Part shown: one piece after another, positions 1-13,561 of the stretch
Numbering within the stretch: the stretch's first letter is position 1
Layout: each line of letters starts with the position of its first letter
Origin: Tubulanus polymorphus
Lineage: Eukaryota; Animalia; Nemertea
Assembly: GCF_964204645.1 (NCBI RefSeq)
Contig: NC_134027.1
Location: 17,756,560 to 17,820,559 of the forward strand
Direction: 5' to 3'
Length of the DNA stretch: 64,000 bases
Notes under the pieces: model-generated
Told to the model about the DNA's origin: nothing
What the model saw: only the letters and a program-made list of their open reading frames with translations
The model's database searches: none
Made by a program: the position numbers and the translations under genes

Positions 1-2479
1 CCAGACAGCAAACGAAATTTGTGATTCGGCCAGCTTGACTCTACGATCGTGGGCAACAAACTGTCCAAAATTACGTGAAAACGCTGTATCCCACAATGTT
101 GCCGATAAAAACACTAAGTCGAAAATTCTGGGACTATTGTGGAATACGGAAACTGATACGATCGGTTTCCCGCCAAAAAAGTGGACGAAATCGTAACCAA
201 GCGTCAGGTCGTCAGTAAAGCTTCCAATCTGTATGATCCTCATGGGTTCTTAGCTCCTGTTCAAATAAGAGCTAAAATGTTTATCCAAGAACTTTGGAAA
301 GACAACTATTCAAGGGACCAACCGATATCAGACGAATTGAGGAAGTAAGGATTTGCATAGTGAACGATCTCAATAAATCGGCTGAAATCAAAATTGCTAG
401 GAAGTACGAACTTCAAACTGCGAATGAGACGGATTACGAAATCCATGCCTTTGCTGACGCCAGCAAATCAGCCTATGGAGCTGTTGGATATTTGCGTAAC
501 CGTGGTAGCACATCTCTATTTATGGCAAAAACACGCGTTGCTCTGGTCAAAGAAATGACTATTCCACAGTTGGAATTATTAGCTGCAGTCGTCCCCGCAA
601 GGCTAATTAAATACGTGCATGATAGCCCGGAAAAAATCATAAACGTGTCCAGATACATATTGTGGTCGGACAGTCAAATCGTGCTTTACTGGTTACACAG
701 CAGTAAAAAATTACCGGTGCTTGTGGAAAACCGTGTCACAGCAGTTCGATGCTGCGGTGTTCACCATAGATACAAATCGAATTACTCAAACTAATGAACC
801 TTGCGACTCAAGATTCGACTCAGAAACTAGGAATTGCTAGTGTATTGGATATAAATAAATATCCGTCATTGGCGAAACTGCTCAGGATTACTGTATTGGT
901 ATTACGATTCATTGAACGGATTAAGTCAAAGAAAAACATTACCGCGAACAATGAGATAAAAGCTAGCGAAATTCGATATGCGGAAAATTATGGGTGAAAT
1001 CTGTTCAGTCTACCGCGTATTCTAATGAAATAACCGTACTCAGAGACAATAAACCGAAGTCTAAAGCTCCGTTAGTTAGACAACTGCGTCTATTTATCTG
1101 TGACGAAGGATTACTAAGAGTCGGAGGCCGGCAATGCTCCATTGAGTTATGATGCCCGATGCCCGATACCCTATACTGCTTCCGTCGAAAGGCAGATTAA
1201 TAGAACTTATCATTTTATCGGCGCATAGAAAAGATATATATGGGTACATATGGGTACGGAATCTACTGTAACTCATATTCGTCAGACATATTGAATTATA
1301 AACATTTGTCATACAGTCAAAACATTACTGCGGAAATGTTTCAATTGTCGTTTAATTAGTGGGCCAGCTCCTCATTGCAAGATGCTCCGCCCTTTACAAT
1401 CACAGGGCTAGATTTCACTGGACATACGTTCGTCAAAAGTGGTGCCATCGAGATCAAAGCTTATATCGTACTCTTTACATGTGCAAACACCCGCGCAGTG
1501 CACCTCGAGGTTGTAACCAATATGACATGTGCTACTTTCTTTCCTACTCGCCTTCAGACGTTTCGCCGCTAGAAGGGGATTGCCTCATAAACTTATTTCT
1601 GACAATGGTTCTACATTTCTTGCAGCCGCTAAGGATATAAAAGCGTTATTCAGAAATTCTATAGTCCGAGACTAATCAAAGAAATGTTGATTGGGTATTT
1701 ATCCCGAAACGCGCCCCTTGGTTCGGGGGATTCTGGGAAAGACTTGTTGGTGTCACAAAACTAGTACTCAACAAGGTACTGGTAGGGCGTTCATTAACTT
1801 ACAAGAATTGTGCTTTCTGATTACAGAAATTGAAATGGCGATAAATGATCGACCCATCACTTACGTTTCAAGTAACATTAATGACCTTGAACCACTCACA
1901 CCTTCCCACTTATTACACGGACGCGTACTCACACCACTCCCGCATATAGAGATAGACAATGATGAACTACTCGATCCGGACTTTAGTGTAAATACACCAT
2001 CCGAAATTCAAAAACGCGCAGTGAGACTCGGTAAACTATTCGAACATTTCCACTCACGTTGGGCAAACGAGTACATCACCGCCCTACGTGATAGGCACTT
2101 TGCGTTAAAACAAAAAAATAACTCTCAGGAAATCATTCACATCGGGGACCTCGTGTTGGTCCATGACGACGAGAAAAAGCGCATAAACTGGAAGTTAGCA
2201 GTTGCTACTGATCTAAATCGCGGCAAAGATGGTCTCGTGCGATCAGCTCAAATCAAGACTAAAAACAATGTGACTAGTCGTCCTATAAATAAACTGTATT
2301 CGTTAGAGGTCAATGCTGCCGGTACTGTACGACAGACTGATATCAACCCGGAAGTATACAATAGTGATACAATATCAAATTGTCCTACGCCTGCCAGACA
2401 TCGTTCATTGAGAACTGCTGCAGTGAATGCTCGGACAAAAATCCAAAATTGGACGGATGAATTATTGTCTCGAGATTAA
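1..2479 (+). pseudogene. BEL/Pao pol (RT end, RNase H, integrase, DUF5641-like), frameshifted
   Basis: ORF pieces 294-794, 794-997, 1375-1572 and 1691-2479 are consecutive BEL pol segments in different frames. Confidence 0.92.
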
Positions 2480-2936
2480 ATCAACTGTCGGTTAATCAAT
2501 TGCTCAATGACTTTAAATACACTGTATGTATAATTTGTATGTAACCCATAGTTGCCCCTTTAAACCTAGGATTTATATTAATTTAGCTCAACTGTTGTTT
2601 TTATACTCCCATGAACTTTGAGAATATCAGTAGTATTGTATCTATAATAATAATGTTAGTTGTTAGTACCACGTCACCAGATGACGGTTCACATTCTCAT
2701 ACTTACTTCATTTTATTTTAATTTTTTTTAAGCTAGTTAGGACTCTTATAAAACACAACGCAATGGACTGATTAATGTGTTGGTTGACTTAAGATAGAAG
2801 TTATATATTTGATATTTTAATCTTTAATTTTAGAATAATATTATCCGTCGACATTCTCCGTTTTTATTTCGCTCTAGACATATTAATTAAGATTCTTATC
2901 TAATTCATGGGTATCACTTTCGTGGCCCCGGAAGAA

Positions 2937-3151
2937 TGTCGGAAACACGTATAATCAATCATTTATATATTAGACATATGGTCCCAACCAATCACGGTTT
3001 ACTTAGGTTAAAAGACCACCGTGTAGGCTCCACCCTTGTAACTCTGCATGCTTATCTCGCTTTGGAATAAACAGTTCAGTTTTACATCTCAAAGAACGCA
3101 GTCGTTGTCATTCTGTCGATCCTATCTTCTATGTGGCTTGAACCCCACACA
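2937..3151 (+). repeat. 3' LTR of the BEL/Pao element (~215 bp)
   Basis: Starts TGT right after GGCCCCGGAAGAA, has AATAAA at 3066, ends ...CCCCACACA (3149 or 3151). The 5' LTR is outside the window, so the end is unverified. Confidence 0.7.
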
Positions 3152-3812
3152 AAGACCCGAGGAATCCGTTGCCCTACGGGCCTGCCGCCTCGAGACCCTG
3201 AAGAGTCGTGTTCTGGGAGTAAGTAAGATGTTAAGATCGCAATTTTGTGACGGTCTGAGGGACTCTCAGATTAAGTTGGCATTGGGACCAGCTCTTTCCA
3301 CGGCTGCTAGTTTCCCCTACATGGTCCTGGAAGCTAGAGGTGTGGAGGACATGATAGTTAAGACTTCCACAACACCGCTACACAGAAGGTCGGGAATTGT
3401 GCAGCAGCACGCAGTTCAACCTCAAAAGATAAAACTTAAGAGTTCAGTCTCGTTAGAGGATGTAGCTGCTAAATTGGATGTGGTTAGGAAATTGAATGGG
3501 TTCCAACTTGAAATACAGCGCTTAAATAAACGAGTTGATCATATAGATCGAGTGGTTGAACAGTTCGGGTTGGGGATAGAAGGAAGGAGTCAGACTGATA
3601 CAAAGGTTTCAGTTGATCCTGTTCCACCGATTTCGTCAAAGCGTTGTTTCAAGTGTAACTTGCCTAGTAATTTTGTCAGGGAGTGTCCTCAGTTGAGGAA
3701 CGACATGGGTTTGCGTCTACCTCCGCCCACTTACACCTGTTATAAATGTAATGTCGTTGGCGATCACTACTTTCAGGATTGTGGGAATGGAGAACCGCTG
3801 TTAAACGCGTAA
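3152..3812 (+). pseudogene. Gypsy-type (PNMA-like) gag C-terminal relic with two zinc knuckles
   Basis: ESVALRACRLETL...MLRSQFCDGLRD resembles PNMA/Gypsy capsid; CFKCNLPSNFVREC and CYKCNVVGDHYFQDC are knuckle-like. The first ~35 aa of ORF 3048-3812 come from the BEL LTR. Confidence 0.75.
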
Positions 3813-5028
3813 GGGATCAGCGATCTGGGCGCATTGGGTCCCGCATTGGTGAAAAGCCCAAGTCGGTAATCAAATCACTGTCGGTTGCGTCTCACGAAGA
3901 GTTGATAGAAGGGTTATTGGGAAATCCCGCTTAAATTGATCAGAGGACAATCTCGGTCAAACGGGACCGAGCTACGACAATACATTTCAAAATCGGCGTT
4001 CAGTAGAATTTCTTGCAATAAAATGAATATATATATTTGAATAATTTTTGTGTATTCAAGATTGAATTTGAATTGATCTTAAAACCAGAGCGGAAAGCAT
4101 TCAGCAATTTAGAAAATCCTAGACACATAATCAAATTCTGTGAAGTCAATTAAGGTCTTTTGCTCGAATCAAGCCGCAGGCTCAGGTGGCTAAAATTCAA
4201 TTCCTCACTGTCCTCAGCATGCCGAGTACGACAGAGTTTACACACTGAAAAACATTGGGCTGTGTAAGTGTAATTTGGATAAGTCAGCAATATAATGACG
4301 GTCCTGCCCCGCGCGCTCCATCTGAGACATAAACAAGTTGGACTGTATTGCTTCGATGCTTTGACAAACAGACACCTAATATCCACATATCCAGCATAAT
4401 GTTGATCCAGGTTGCGCTTCTTGGCAAAAGTCACATGTTATGGGCAAGAATTATTTCGATGAAATCTTTGTACGCTTCCCAGTGCGACATAAATGAACCA
4501 GTTAGGCAGAAATCCGTTATCGCTGCTATGCAGCTGTATTTATTTGTGATATCATATCATGGATGGAAGCCTAGTTTACCATTTGATGTTTTGTGTCTTT
4601 ACGAAATGGTTTTAACTTTAGTAAAGGCGTTCCTACGCGATCACAAAACTTACCTATACGGGTTTCTTGAGTAGGCCTACCGTTCCACTGCTCTAGAAGT
4701 ATGTATTCAGCCGCTGAGAATTAATCCCAATTAATCTCATCGCTTCTGATAGGAGGAATATCATAAACACTTAAAACTTAAACTTAAAAACTTTAAAACT
4801 TAAAACATTTAAACACTATGATATTTATGTACCAGGGTACATGAAATTATGGTCTTCTATTCAAAAGAGGCCAACGGAGTGACAATTTGAAGTTACTATA
4901 AAAATGAGAAGAGTTGGCACTATTTTTTCGTACTACTATTTTCGATCCATTTTACTAGCATTGGCTGACGTCATAGATATCAACCAATGCTAAAAACAGA
5001 CCTAAACAAATCTGGAAAATTAAAAATA

Positions 5029-6833
5029 CAGTCAACCTCAGTCAATCCGTCTCCGGTTAAAACATGACAGGGCTTATTCTGTAAAAATAAATTGGCCCCA
5101 TTTTTCAGTAACGTTATTCCCTTTAAAATTATGTGTCTAATTCGTACACCATAATCCGTATTTTCAATTATTTCGTAGACAAATGCGTGGGCACGTTGTT
5201 GAATTTATATGTAAATCCTTATGCCTTATCCGTAGCAGGTCAGTTGTTGGGAATATACACCTGATAGAAGTGAACAAGAAAATTAATTTTTTTAAATTAT
5301 TTGACAAAAAATGTAGAATTTATGGGATAAGCTAATGTCGATTGCAAATTCTAAATCGAAGTTTTAAGAAATTTGGCGATTGGGTAGATGATACAGGTCT
5401 TCGACTGTAGTAGTTGTTTAATTTTTTTTGTTGAAAATTGTCAATAATTGCGACAGACATCTTTCACTTCTGCCCCAAAGCTGGTCTGCAACTTCATGGT
5501 TGAAGAAAGAGCTCTTCTGATGTCTGCTTCATCATGACTTCGAGCATATCGTGTGGCCTAGCAAGCCGGCCAGGTTTGGCTGTCACTCGATATCCTAGAG
5601 TCTTGAGTCCGGGTTGAAGTAGACATTGTCATTTAAAATAACTTTTTTAAGTTATTCTGTATGAATTACTCATGTGTCTTGTATTTTGTATTTTCTTATT
5701 TTAAAATTTTTAACTATTGAATTTGGGAATTTCATCCCTGAATTTCAATGTAATAAGGATCAATAAAGAATTGAATTGTCACCTAATACACATGCCATCA
5801 GAGGACGCAGAGCCGTATATAACAGCTATGCTATTATAAATTGCTAAGAAATTATATGTTTACACATTTTTATATTGACCGCTGGTAGCCGCTGATGAAT
5901 TTCAAGCCGGCCCTATTCAGATCGTAGATAGCTTCGTCATTCTACCAGCATTCCCATGTCAGGGTCTGACTTACATATCTGACTCCCGCATTGTGTATAC
6001 ATCCGCCATTTAACCGAATAATCCGATTTACTTATCATTTCTATTTATGCCTGCCGCTTCTGATATAATCATACATCCTTAACTATTACAATACGTCTTC
6101 TAATGATATTCAAAGCAATATAACATTTCAAAGTTCAAATAGCTTGTATGTGTACACATAGACCTGTGATGTTTTGCACATCGATTTACAGTTGTCGTTT
6201 GTAAAATTACGCTGAATGGTTAACGTTGTTTAGGTTTCATAATGGTTACGTTGTTTAGGTTTCATAATGGTTACGTTTTATAAGGCGTCAAAAAAGTATA
6301 AACATCTGTAAGTTAATGAGGTTAATGTGGTCAGTAGGAAATATGAGAAACTATGTTAATCCGTCAATGTTAGGGTTAGGGTTAGGGTTAGAAGCTTCAT
6401 TAATAATCCATTGACTTCAGTAGTGAGGTCGAGTTAATTTTTGCCAAGATGCTATTCTTTGTCAATAAGTAAAAATCCTTTGATGAATCAGTTTAAACCA
6501 GTTGGTTTGTGTTTCATCATACCAGGGGGTGTTTTCTTTCATGCATAAATGATGTTGAATGGATCTGGCGAACCATCGGATATTAAGATATTCCTCTTTT
6601 ATCTATTATCTCCTTTGATTATCCCAATGGTTGGTAAGCTTCTACTCTAGTAGTCCACCATTTGAGCGATAGCTAAACTGGCTATTATACGGATTATTCA
6701 CTTAAATCATAGAATAGGCCTATACGGATTACAGTAAATTTGTATCAATTACGAATAATCTGTTATTTGTATATCACTTAATCCGTACTAAAAAGCTTAG
6801 TTCCTAGAGATACGGATTAACCGAGGTTGACTG
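5029..6833. mobile_element. Non-autonomous Tc1/mariner-pogo (Tigger-like) DNA element, 1.8 kb
   Basis: TA|CAGTCAACCTCAGTCAATCCGT ... ACGGATTAACCGAGGTTGACTG|TA: ~22-bp TIR with 2 mismatches, TA TSD, ATCCGTA/TACGGAT subterminal motifs; no ORF. Confidence 0.85.
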
Positions 6834-7357
6834 TATGACAAAAAATAGCTTGTAGTTGTATCTAAGTTAAGTCGCTTTTTTAAAATTTGGCCATGAAAGG
6901 TGTTATTTCCAAGAAGCGAGATTTTTACCACGTTTTTTAATGTTTACAGAGTGTCTTAGTGATGTCTAGCAAATGGCGTGGAGAGTATTTTTCTCGAGGG
7001 CACAGCAAAAACTACACAACTATTTTTAACCAAATCTAATCCTGACATGAAGACACCCTTCCTGATGCGGAATTTGAGGAAATTTCTAACTAACTCATTT
7101 TAAAATGACCGCAAACCGATCACATGCGGACGCTCGTCTAACGAAACTCCTAAAAACCACTATGAATCAACAAGGTGTCAGGGGATGGTGGAAATATGCT
7201 TTATGGGTCATCATACCTTAACACATGCATGCAAATCATGCTCAAATTAATTCAGTGAAACATGGTTGCAAGAAAACCTACTGATACTGATAGCATTTGA
7301 ATAAGCTTGTATGTGGTTATCTGGGAAATTTAAAGGGACATTTCATTGCACACTTAC

Positions 7358-7558
7358 CTTGTGATGGATTACGTCTATATCCCGGTGGAGGCATCTGCCC
7401 TCTATTCATGATTGGACTATTGCCAGATTGCTGTGCTGACATGATACTCTGTTGTGATGCCTGACTAGCAGCAAAATTAACGGGGGCAACCGGTTGCTGC
7501 TGAGGCTGACCTGGCATGTTATAAGAGGGCATATTACCCTGGTTGTTCATCAATTGAC
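7358..7558 (-). CDS. SS18: SS18-like coding exon 6 (QPGY-rich; GQLMNNQGNMPSYN...RRNPSQ)
   Basis: ttgcag acceptor, gtaagt donor, 201 nt, phase 1 to 1, matching exon 5; Q/P/G/M-rich. Confidence 0.85.
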
Positions 7559-8034
7559 CTGCAACACAATAAAACAAGAGGCCCATGGGCCTTCAAGCAT
7601 TGGTAGATTATACTGTGGTATTAAGTGGTTATAATGTTTTACATCTGCCGGCAAATCTTCTATGACGATGTTGATTGGGAGGACCACAAACTTAAAAGTC
7701 TATTTGTCTAGTACGATTTTATTCCTGAAAATGAATTTATTTTCTGCTGAACGATTTAGCCTAGGCTATTTGTACTGTTAAACCTCATTAATGCGATTCT
7801 GTTAAAAAGACGAAACTAGTTTATTCTGATGTTTTCCATCATGTCCCAGCCAAGATATTTATAACAATCAAGATTTGGATACAAAAACCCATTTTTACGC
7901 ATGAACTGTTAGGCCCCACTGAATATTGAAAACAAAAACGGAACGATTTTTCTGAATGCAATTGCAAGACCCTCTGATCTTAGAGCTCCAAGCTCTGATG
8001 CATGTACGCATGCAGAGAGCGATGATTTTTCTCA

Positions 8035-8390
8035 AAGGGGGGCATAAGGGGGTTTTAAGGGTGTCTTAAGTGGGGCTAGGCATGGAAAATCTAGTCTTAA
8101 GTTACATTTTCTGAATCAGCACATAAAATACTATGATTCTGAGGTAGAATCACACCTGGACAAAAAATGTGGATTAAAAGTGCCCTAGGCCCCCGAAAAA
8201 GGGGGTCTTAAGGGACCCTAGGCACAGAAAATTTCGTCTTAAGTTATGATTTTATTTCAGTTGGCCCATGCCCTACTGATTTGTTGAAATTAATTGATTG
8301 AAGCCAGTTCTTTGACAAAAGGGGGCATTAGGGGGTTTTAAGGGTGTCTTAAGTGGGGCTAGGCACGGAAAATCTCGTCTTAAGTTATGT
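8035..8390. repeat. Diverged ~70-bp direct repeats (AAGGGGGCAT...GTCTTAAGTTA), probably TE-internal
   Basis: Near-identical blocks at ~8035-8105 and ~8318-8387, partial at ~8198-8247. Confidence 0.6.
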
Positions 8391-9518
8391 TAAACTGTTG
8401 ATTAAAACGATTTTTTGGGAATTTTTGGGGGCCCACCTACCCCCTGCAGGCACGGCTTTGAAACTTTAGACGTTCCTTTCCTAAGTAGATATGGGCCAAC
8501 CTTGACATTCCACACCTCAAACCTTCTTGAATAAAACTGTTGATTAAATGTGGGCTAGCTCGTGGACTAAGAGTATAGTAGTGAGTGGATGCATGAGGAG
8601 ATGTCATCAGTGAAAACAAATTCATGTTTCCAGGGTTTCCGTGAGGCTGTTTTTAACTGTTAATGGACATTTCCTCCCAGCCAAAAGTGGTCCTTTTTCC
8701 CCAAATCCTGAAAAATTCTTTGAGGAATTGTGAAAACAAATTGATTATTGGATCTATAAAGACAATATAGTGTTTTTATTTTAGTTTATTTCAACATAAC
8801 GATCTGTTTCAATAATAAAATGCGTGGCTGACGATGTATTGTCAGTGCAGAGGCCATATCTAACTTCCCTACAAAGTATAGTGTAATCGCCCAGACAATT
8901 CTTCCTACCCTACATTCCATAATGGTATAGTCCACATGATAGCCAATGAAACTGCGTTCTCTGAGTATGCGTGATGCTTCAATGAATGAATGATGTTCAT
9001 GTGACTACTATGACTGAAGTGGTAGTTATAATTACGACAAAGACCACATGATGACATTAGAATGACTCCAAAAATCCTCAAAACATCCCCCTTATGGCTT
9101 CACGCCTGATGTGTTCGTCTTGGCATTGGATTCACACTAGTCAATTTTCCCCTAGTAACGACTAACCAACATTTTTTTAACGATCACCGAAACCCCGTGT
9201 TGCTCATGGTTTTTTGGTTTCTACCACTTGCGCGATGAACCGTTTATTTATTGCTTCAGTCGGCCTGTGTTTTAGGCGGGACGCAGCAGCTTATCTCGCT
9301 GTGTATACAGCACTGCTGTCACTAAGTCAGTGCTGTCTTGCGTAGATATATGTAATACTGGCTGGCATTACTGGTAATTCTAATTGCATGAAGAAAATCC
9401 GACTCGCAGTGCTTTCAAAAAATAAAATCCGGGCTAGCGACTGACGAATTGAATTTTGTGTTTTATGTTTATTTGAAGTAAAATTGATGATAGTTTTATT
9501 GAGTGAGACGTAATTGAC

Positions 9519-9645
9519 AACTAGGGGTCCGAGGACACCATGCCCACTTGGAAAGTGGTTTCAAATGCTCAACAATCTAACAATTTCAATATTCAATGCC
9601 CCCTGGTGACCATATGCAAAAACCATTGACCATGAAACTCACCGC
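9519..9645 (-). mobile_element. Truncated end of HINE family H1
   Basis: AACTAGGGGTCC..GACACCATGCCCACTTGG matches the ends at 11698, 27359 and 28799. Confidence 0.85.
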
Positions 9646-10099
9646 GGCAACAACTTTGGTTCTCCTTCCAAATGTATATTCACGAATTGCCTGTTTGTTA
9701 TCGCGCCATCCAGACTGTTGTATAGTACTTGAAAACCACGGCTGTTTAATTTGCTGACTGTATCCCAAAAAATAACATGTAGGTCGGAAGTTGTTGCCTG
9801 GCTGGTTGAATAGTGAGCGACCGGAAAACGAAACCCAGTGAGTCCAATGAATTCAAGTTGGAGGACGTATTTTGCCATATTTTTATTCGCGACTTTGATT
9901 TTTATTAGGTTTGCCGTATTATTTTCGTCGTCCATATCAACAACCCCACAATCTTCAAAAGTGAACCTTCCCTAACGGTTTGCAGTGTTTCTAAGATACT
10001 CATCTCGTCGTCTAGGATGAGACCTCCGGAATATCCAGCCGATATCAAAGCTAAACGCTTAGCTTCGTTTTCCATCCATCCATCCGAAAATGTCTTCAT
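9639..10099 (-). pseudogene. P-element/THAP9-family transposase catalytic-core fragment
   Basis: GGLILDDEMSI...YVLQLEFIGLTGFRFPVAHY...IFWDTVSKLNSRGFQV...LDGAITNRQF matches the DEM...DG core of P-type transposases; frameshift near 9920. Confidence 0.8.
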
Positions 10100-11230
10100 T
10101 AAGGCCTAATTCCTGTTGGACTAAGTGTCCTACGATCTCAGCTCTCAACTTTTCCCCAATACCCTACCCCTCCTTCCCCCATTGTTTTCTCAACTGATTT
10201 TCATCAATCTCAGGAAAATTTGGTGCCTTAAGCTACTGAATGTTTGTCTGTACAATAAAAATTGAATTTGAATTTGTATTAGAGCGAGATGTGTCGATTA
10301 ACTTTCCGATTATTCATTGAATTTCCTCTGCTAAGCCCGAAATACGCTCATTTGGTGAGAAAACTCTGATTATGAACAAAATATAAGATGTTCCTGCAAT
10401 GTTCCCTATTGCATAGAATCGAGGTACCCCCTACTACGATTGACTAGAAATTATGTTCGAATCTGATTATGCCATGAGTGACACACTTGACCACAGTATA
10501 TCCTTACACTTATGCCTGTCAATTAACAAAAGTTAATCTAGATAGGGCTTTCAGAAAAAATTTGGAAAACCAGTTGCAGACAAAAAATTGCAGAAAAAAG
10601 CAATCTCATGTAGCAAATACAGCGAAAAAGAGCCAGCAATAGTGTATAGGCCTACATGAAATTGCATATTTTTAATCTTAGAAATATCAAATTAATTGAT
10701 TTAAATTGATAGTGTTAGTGATTGGCAAGTAACTGTTGATAGTTGGTAAGCAGTCAGCTTAAGAACACATTATTGCTATTAGGCTACTCAAACTAATTGT
10801 CTGTGCGAGTCTCTCTGTGAGTTCACCAAACAAAGTTTTTCACCTTGTATAGAAAAAATTTGTCTAATAGCCTAGATAAAAACATCCAGAGCATCACCAT
10901 GTGTTCAAAACGAAACAATCCATCAAATATACACTACCAGCTTTACAACGGCAGTCGCTAGAATGATTGGCAGTTGTTTGGAAGTCAGCCAATCTCCTGG
11001 AAACTTAAACTAGGCCACGTGTCTGAGGCACGTTTTCACACGATCCACACTGACTGCAGAACATTTGAATATAACCACTGATCACATGAGCTACTATCGT
11101 TGATATCATACGAGATATTTCATAGCCGTCGCAGGAAACTTACTAACAGTCGGATGCATCGGCTTATTTTGAAAGCCCTGACTCATTACTCATGACTGAC
11201 AAGGGCAGGATGGCGGACCTACGGCAAGTG

Positions 11231-11310
11231 ATGAGGGCACAAGGGCGAGCATGGGACACATCTTATGAGGGCACAAGGGCGAGCATGGGACACATCTTAA
11301 GGGCACAAGG
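11231..11310. repeat. 34-bp tandem repeat, ~2.4 copies
   Basis: TGAGGGCACAAGGGCGAGCATGGGACACATCTTA at 11232 and 11266, then a partial copy. Confidence 0.85.
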
Positions 11311-11697
11311 GCGGCTATTTTCGGGGGCGGGGCTGACCGCCCTTCTATTTTTGGCTAGATGAAGCTCTGTGTATAGAATATAGGATGTTTTGAACAATTT
11401 AAAATGGATCTCAAGGAAATCCTTTGGATATTTTAGGAGTCGAAGTGAATTTAAATCGAAGTGTCTGCAAAGGAGTTTCCACCCTTTTCTTTTTATATAT
11501 ATAGTATCCTTGGATATTGGATGATCTAAGCAACAGTTCACCACCAAACTTCAAATACGAGCCCCTGTGGTGGAGTCGAATAAACTGAAATATAGATTTC
11601 CCGCATAGTGCAATTACATGTGTAAATATATTATTGATTTGTTGAACGCATGCAGACTGTGGGCTAGACAATACTGATGTTTCGGAATGATGATGTT

Positions 11698-13561
11698 AAC
11701 TAGGGGTCCAGGGACACCATGCCCACTTAGGAAGTGGTTTCAAATGCTCAACAATCTAACAATTTCAATATTCAATGCCCCCTGGTGACCATATACAAAA
11801 ACCAATGTCCTTGAAACTAACCACAATCATAGAACATGTCAGCAGCTACGAGTTTGTAATTGATTGCAGGGTTCATTGTGTTACTGCTGACAAAAATTCA
11901 CTGCTATTCACTGCCAATGAAAAGTCAAATTCACTGCCATTTGGCTACCTAGTAAAGACATGTTACTAAAAGACTACGGATAGAGCCAAAACAATCAAAC
12001 ACCCGCTGAAGAACCAAAAAGCACCAACTAGGTATATTCGCATAATACTTCATTTATTAAACATGAACTGCTTTTGATTGTCTTCTCATTATAAGGCTTA
12101 AAAACCAGATAGGTGTAGGGTACTTTTCATGTGAGACTTCAAAGCTCCCAAACCACCGGCTCCAAGTTCGTTCGATTTCATGCAAATTCTGCATCTAAAC
12201 TTATGAACACAATTCGGAACACGTTCAATCCAGCTACGGTACTCCGGATGATAAAGCCACGAATCTTGAAATGTACATTTTCCCATTTTTCCGCACTGTA
12301 ACGGGCCAGAGATTTTTTTAAAATCCGAATGCAAACCACCGCCATTTGCAATTTTGTGAAACAGGTGCCTGGACCTGGTAGCCATGGCAACCATAAAAAT
12401 GAAAACTCGTGAATAAAATTGAATTGAATTGGTTGGCACGTCGATGGTCACAACACCAAGATATAAAATGAAATTGAATTGCCGTCGGCATGACATCATC
12501 GGTATATTTTTTTGTTCGAAACTCAACGAAATTTCTCGTGACATTTTAAAATAGCCAATCTCAGACAAAATTGAACACATTTCCGAATTCACTGCCCCCT
12601 TTCTCATTTCCACTGCCTTTCTAAACAATTCACTGCTATTAACAGCCGTGAATAGATTTTTTCAATTTGCTGCTATTCACTGCTTTCACTGCCCGCGACG
12701 AACCCTGTGATTGTGATAACAAAATATGCCTCGTTACCAATTTAATATGGAAATATTAAGTTATTCTACTATTCAACGCCCCCTAGTGACCATATAGAAA
12801 AACTAATGTCCTTGAAACTCACCACAATCATAGACGATGTCATGAGCTACAACTTTGCAATTGATTGTGGTAACATAACATGTATTGAAACTCACCACAA
12901 TCATCGAACACGTTATAAGCTACAACTTTCTAATTCATTGTGGTAACAAAATATGCTTAGGTATCAATATAATGTCGAAAAACTTTTTCGAATGAGTACT
13001 GATGACACCAAGATGGCCGCCAATTGCGTCATAATTGGCTGATCAAAAATACCTGTCCCAGGTATAAAACATCCCTTTCCAAAGAATACCCATCAGCAAT
13101 TGCAATGAGAAATGGCAAACCAGTAGGAAGCTACAGGACTCAGAATTCAGGCCAAAATTGACATTTTTGGGCACTTAAAAGGTCACAGGACGGCCATCTT
13201 GAGTCCGATCGACCGAAATTTTCTTATGTTGATGGGCCCTTGGGGGATACAAATACCTACGAAAGATCAAGGTAATTGATCAAAGCGTCTTCAAAATTTC
13301 CCTCGAAAACTTGGAATTTGGTAAAAAGTGCTGATTTTGGCAAACAACAATGACTGTCAGTCGGCCATCTTGAATCTGACAGGGCCAGTTTTTGGGCTGA
13401 AGATGTGTCTAAGGTAGATACATTTGTAACCCAAATATCAAGACATTATATAGAAGCGTCTTAAAAACTTCCCAAAATAACTGGATTCCGTCTACGGACG
13501 GACGAACGGACGAAAAGTGAACGCAATAGCCCGCTGGGACTAAAGTGTCCCAAGTTGGCTA
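11698..13561 (-). mobile_element. DINE-1/Helentron-associated non-autonomous element (HINE H1), interrupted by a hAT
   Basis: Same ends as 27359-28634: subterminal IR GCCCACTT.GGA, terminal hairpin, (GGAC)n microsatellite, ~154-bp core repeats, A-run target. Confidence 0.85.
11867..12707 (-). mobile_element. Internally deleted hAT transposon with 6-bp TSD (hAT6-like), BED-finger remnant
   Basis: TGATTG|CAGGGTTC...GAACCCTG|TGATTG; TTCACTGC subterminal repeats; minus ORF MGKCTFQDSWL...CRICMK...LGAGGLGALKSHMKSTLH is a BED-type zinc finger. Confidence 0.88.

Larger units (their letters stand above)
1..3151 (+). mobile_element. 3' part of a decayed BEL/Pao LTR retrotransposon (pol, 3' UTR, 3' LTR)
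   Basis: Pao RNase H-like motifs ([39 protein letters not shown]), integrase (PFTITGLDFTG, FTCANTRAVHLE), DUF5641-like C-terminus (PLTPSHLL...W..EY...WKLA...GKDGLVRSA), purine tract GGAAGAA then TGT at 2937. Confidence 0.93.

Noticed and set aside
6370-6391. (TTAGGG)3 telomere-like tract
   Set aside because: Under four units and inside a DNA element; not evidence of a telomere or fusion site.
4150-7221. TTAA-flanked Kolobok/piggyBac-like element enclosing the pogo-type MITE
   Set aside because: Putative ends match only over TTAAGGT; too short to support.
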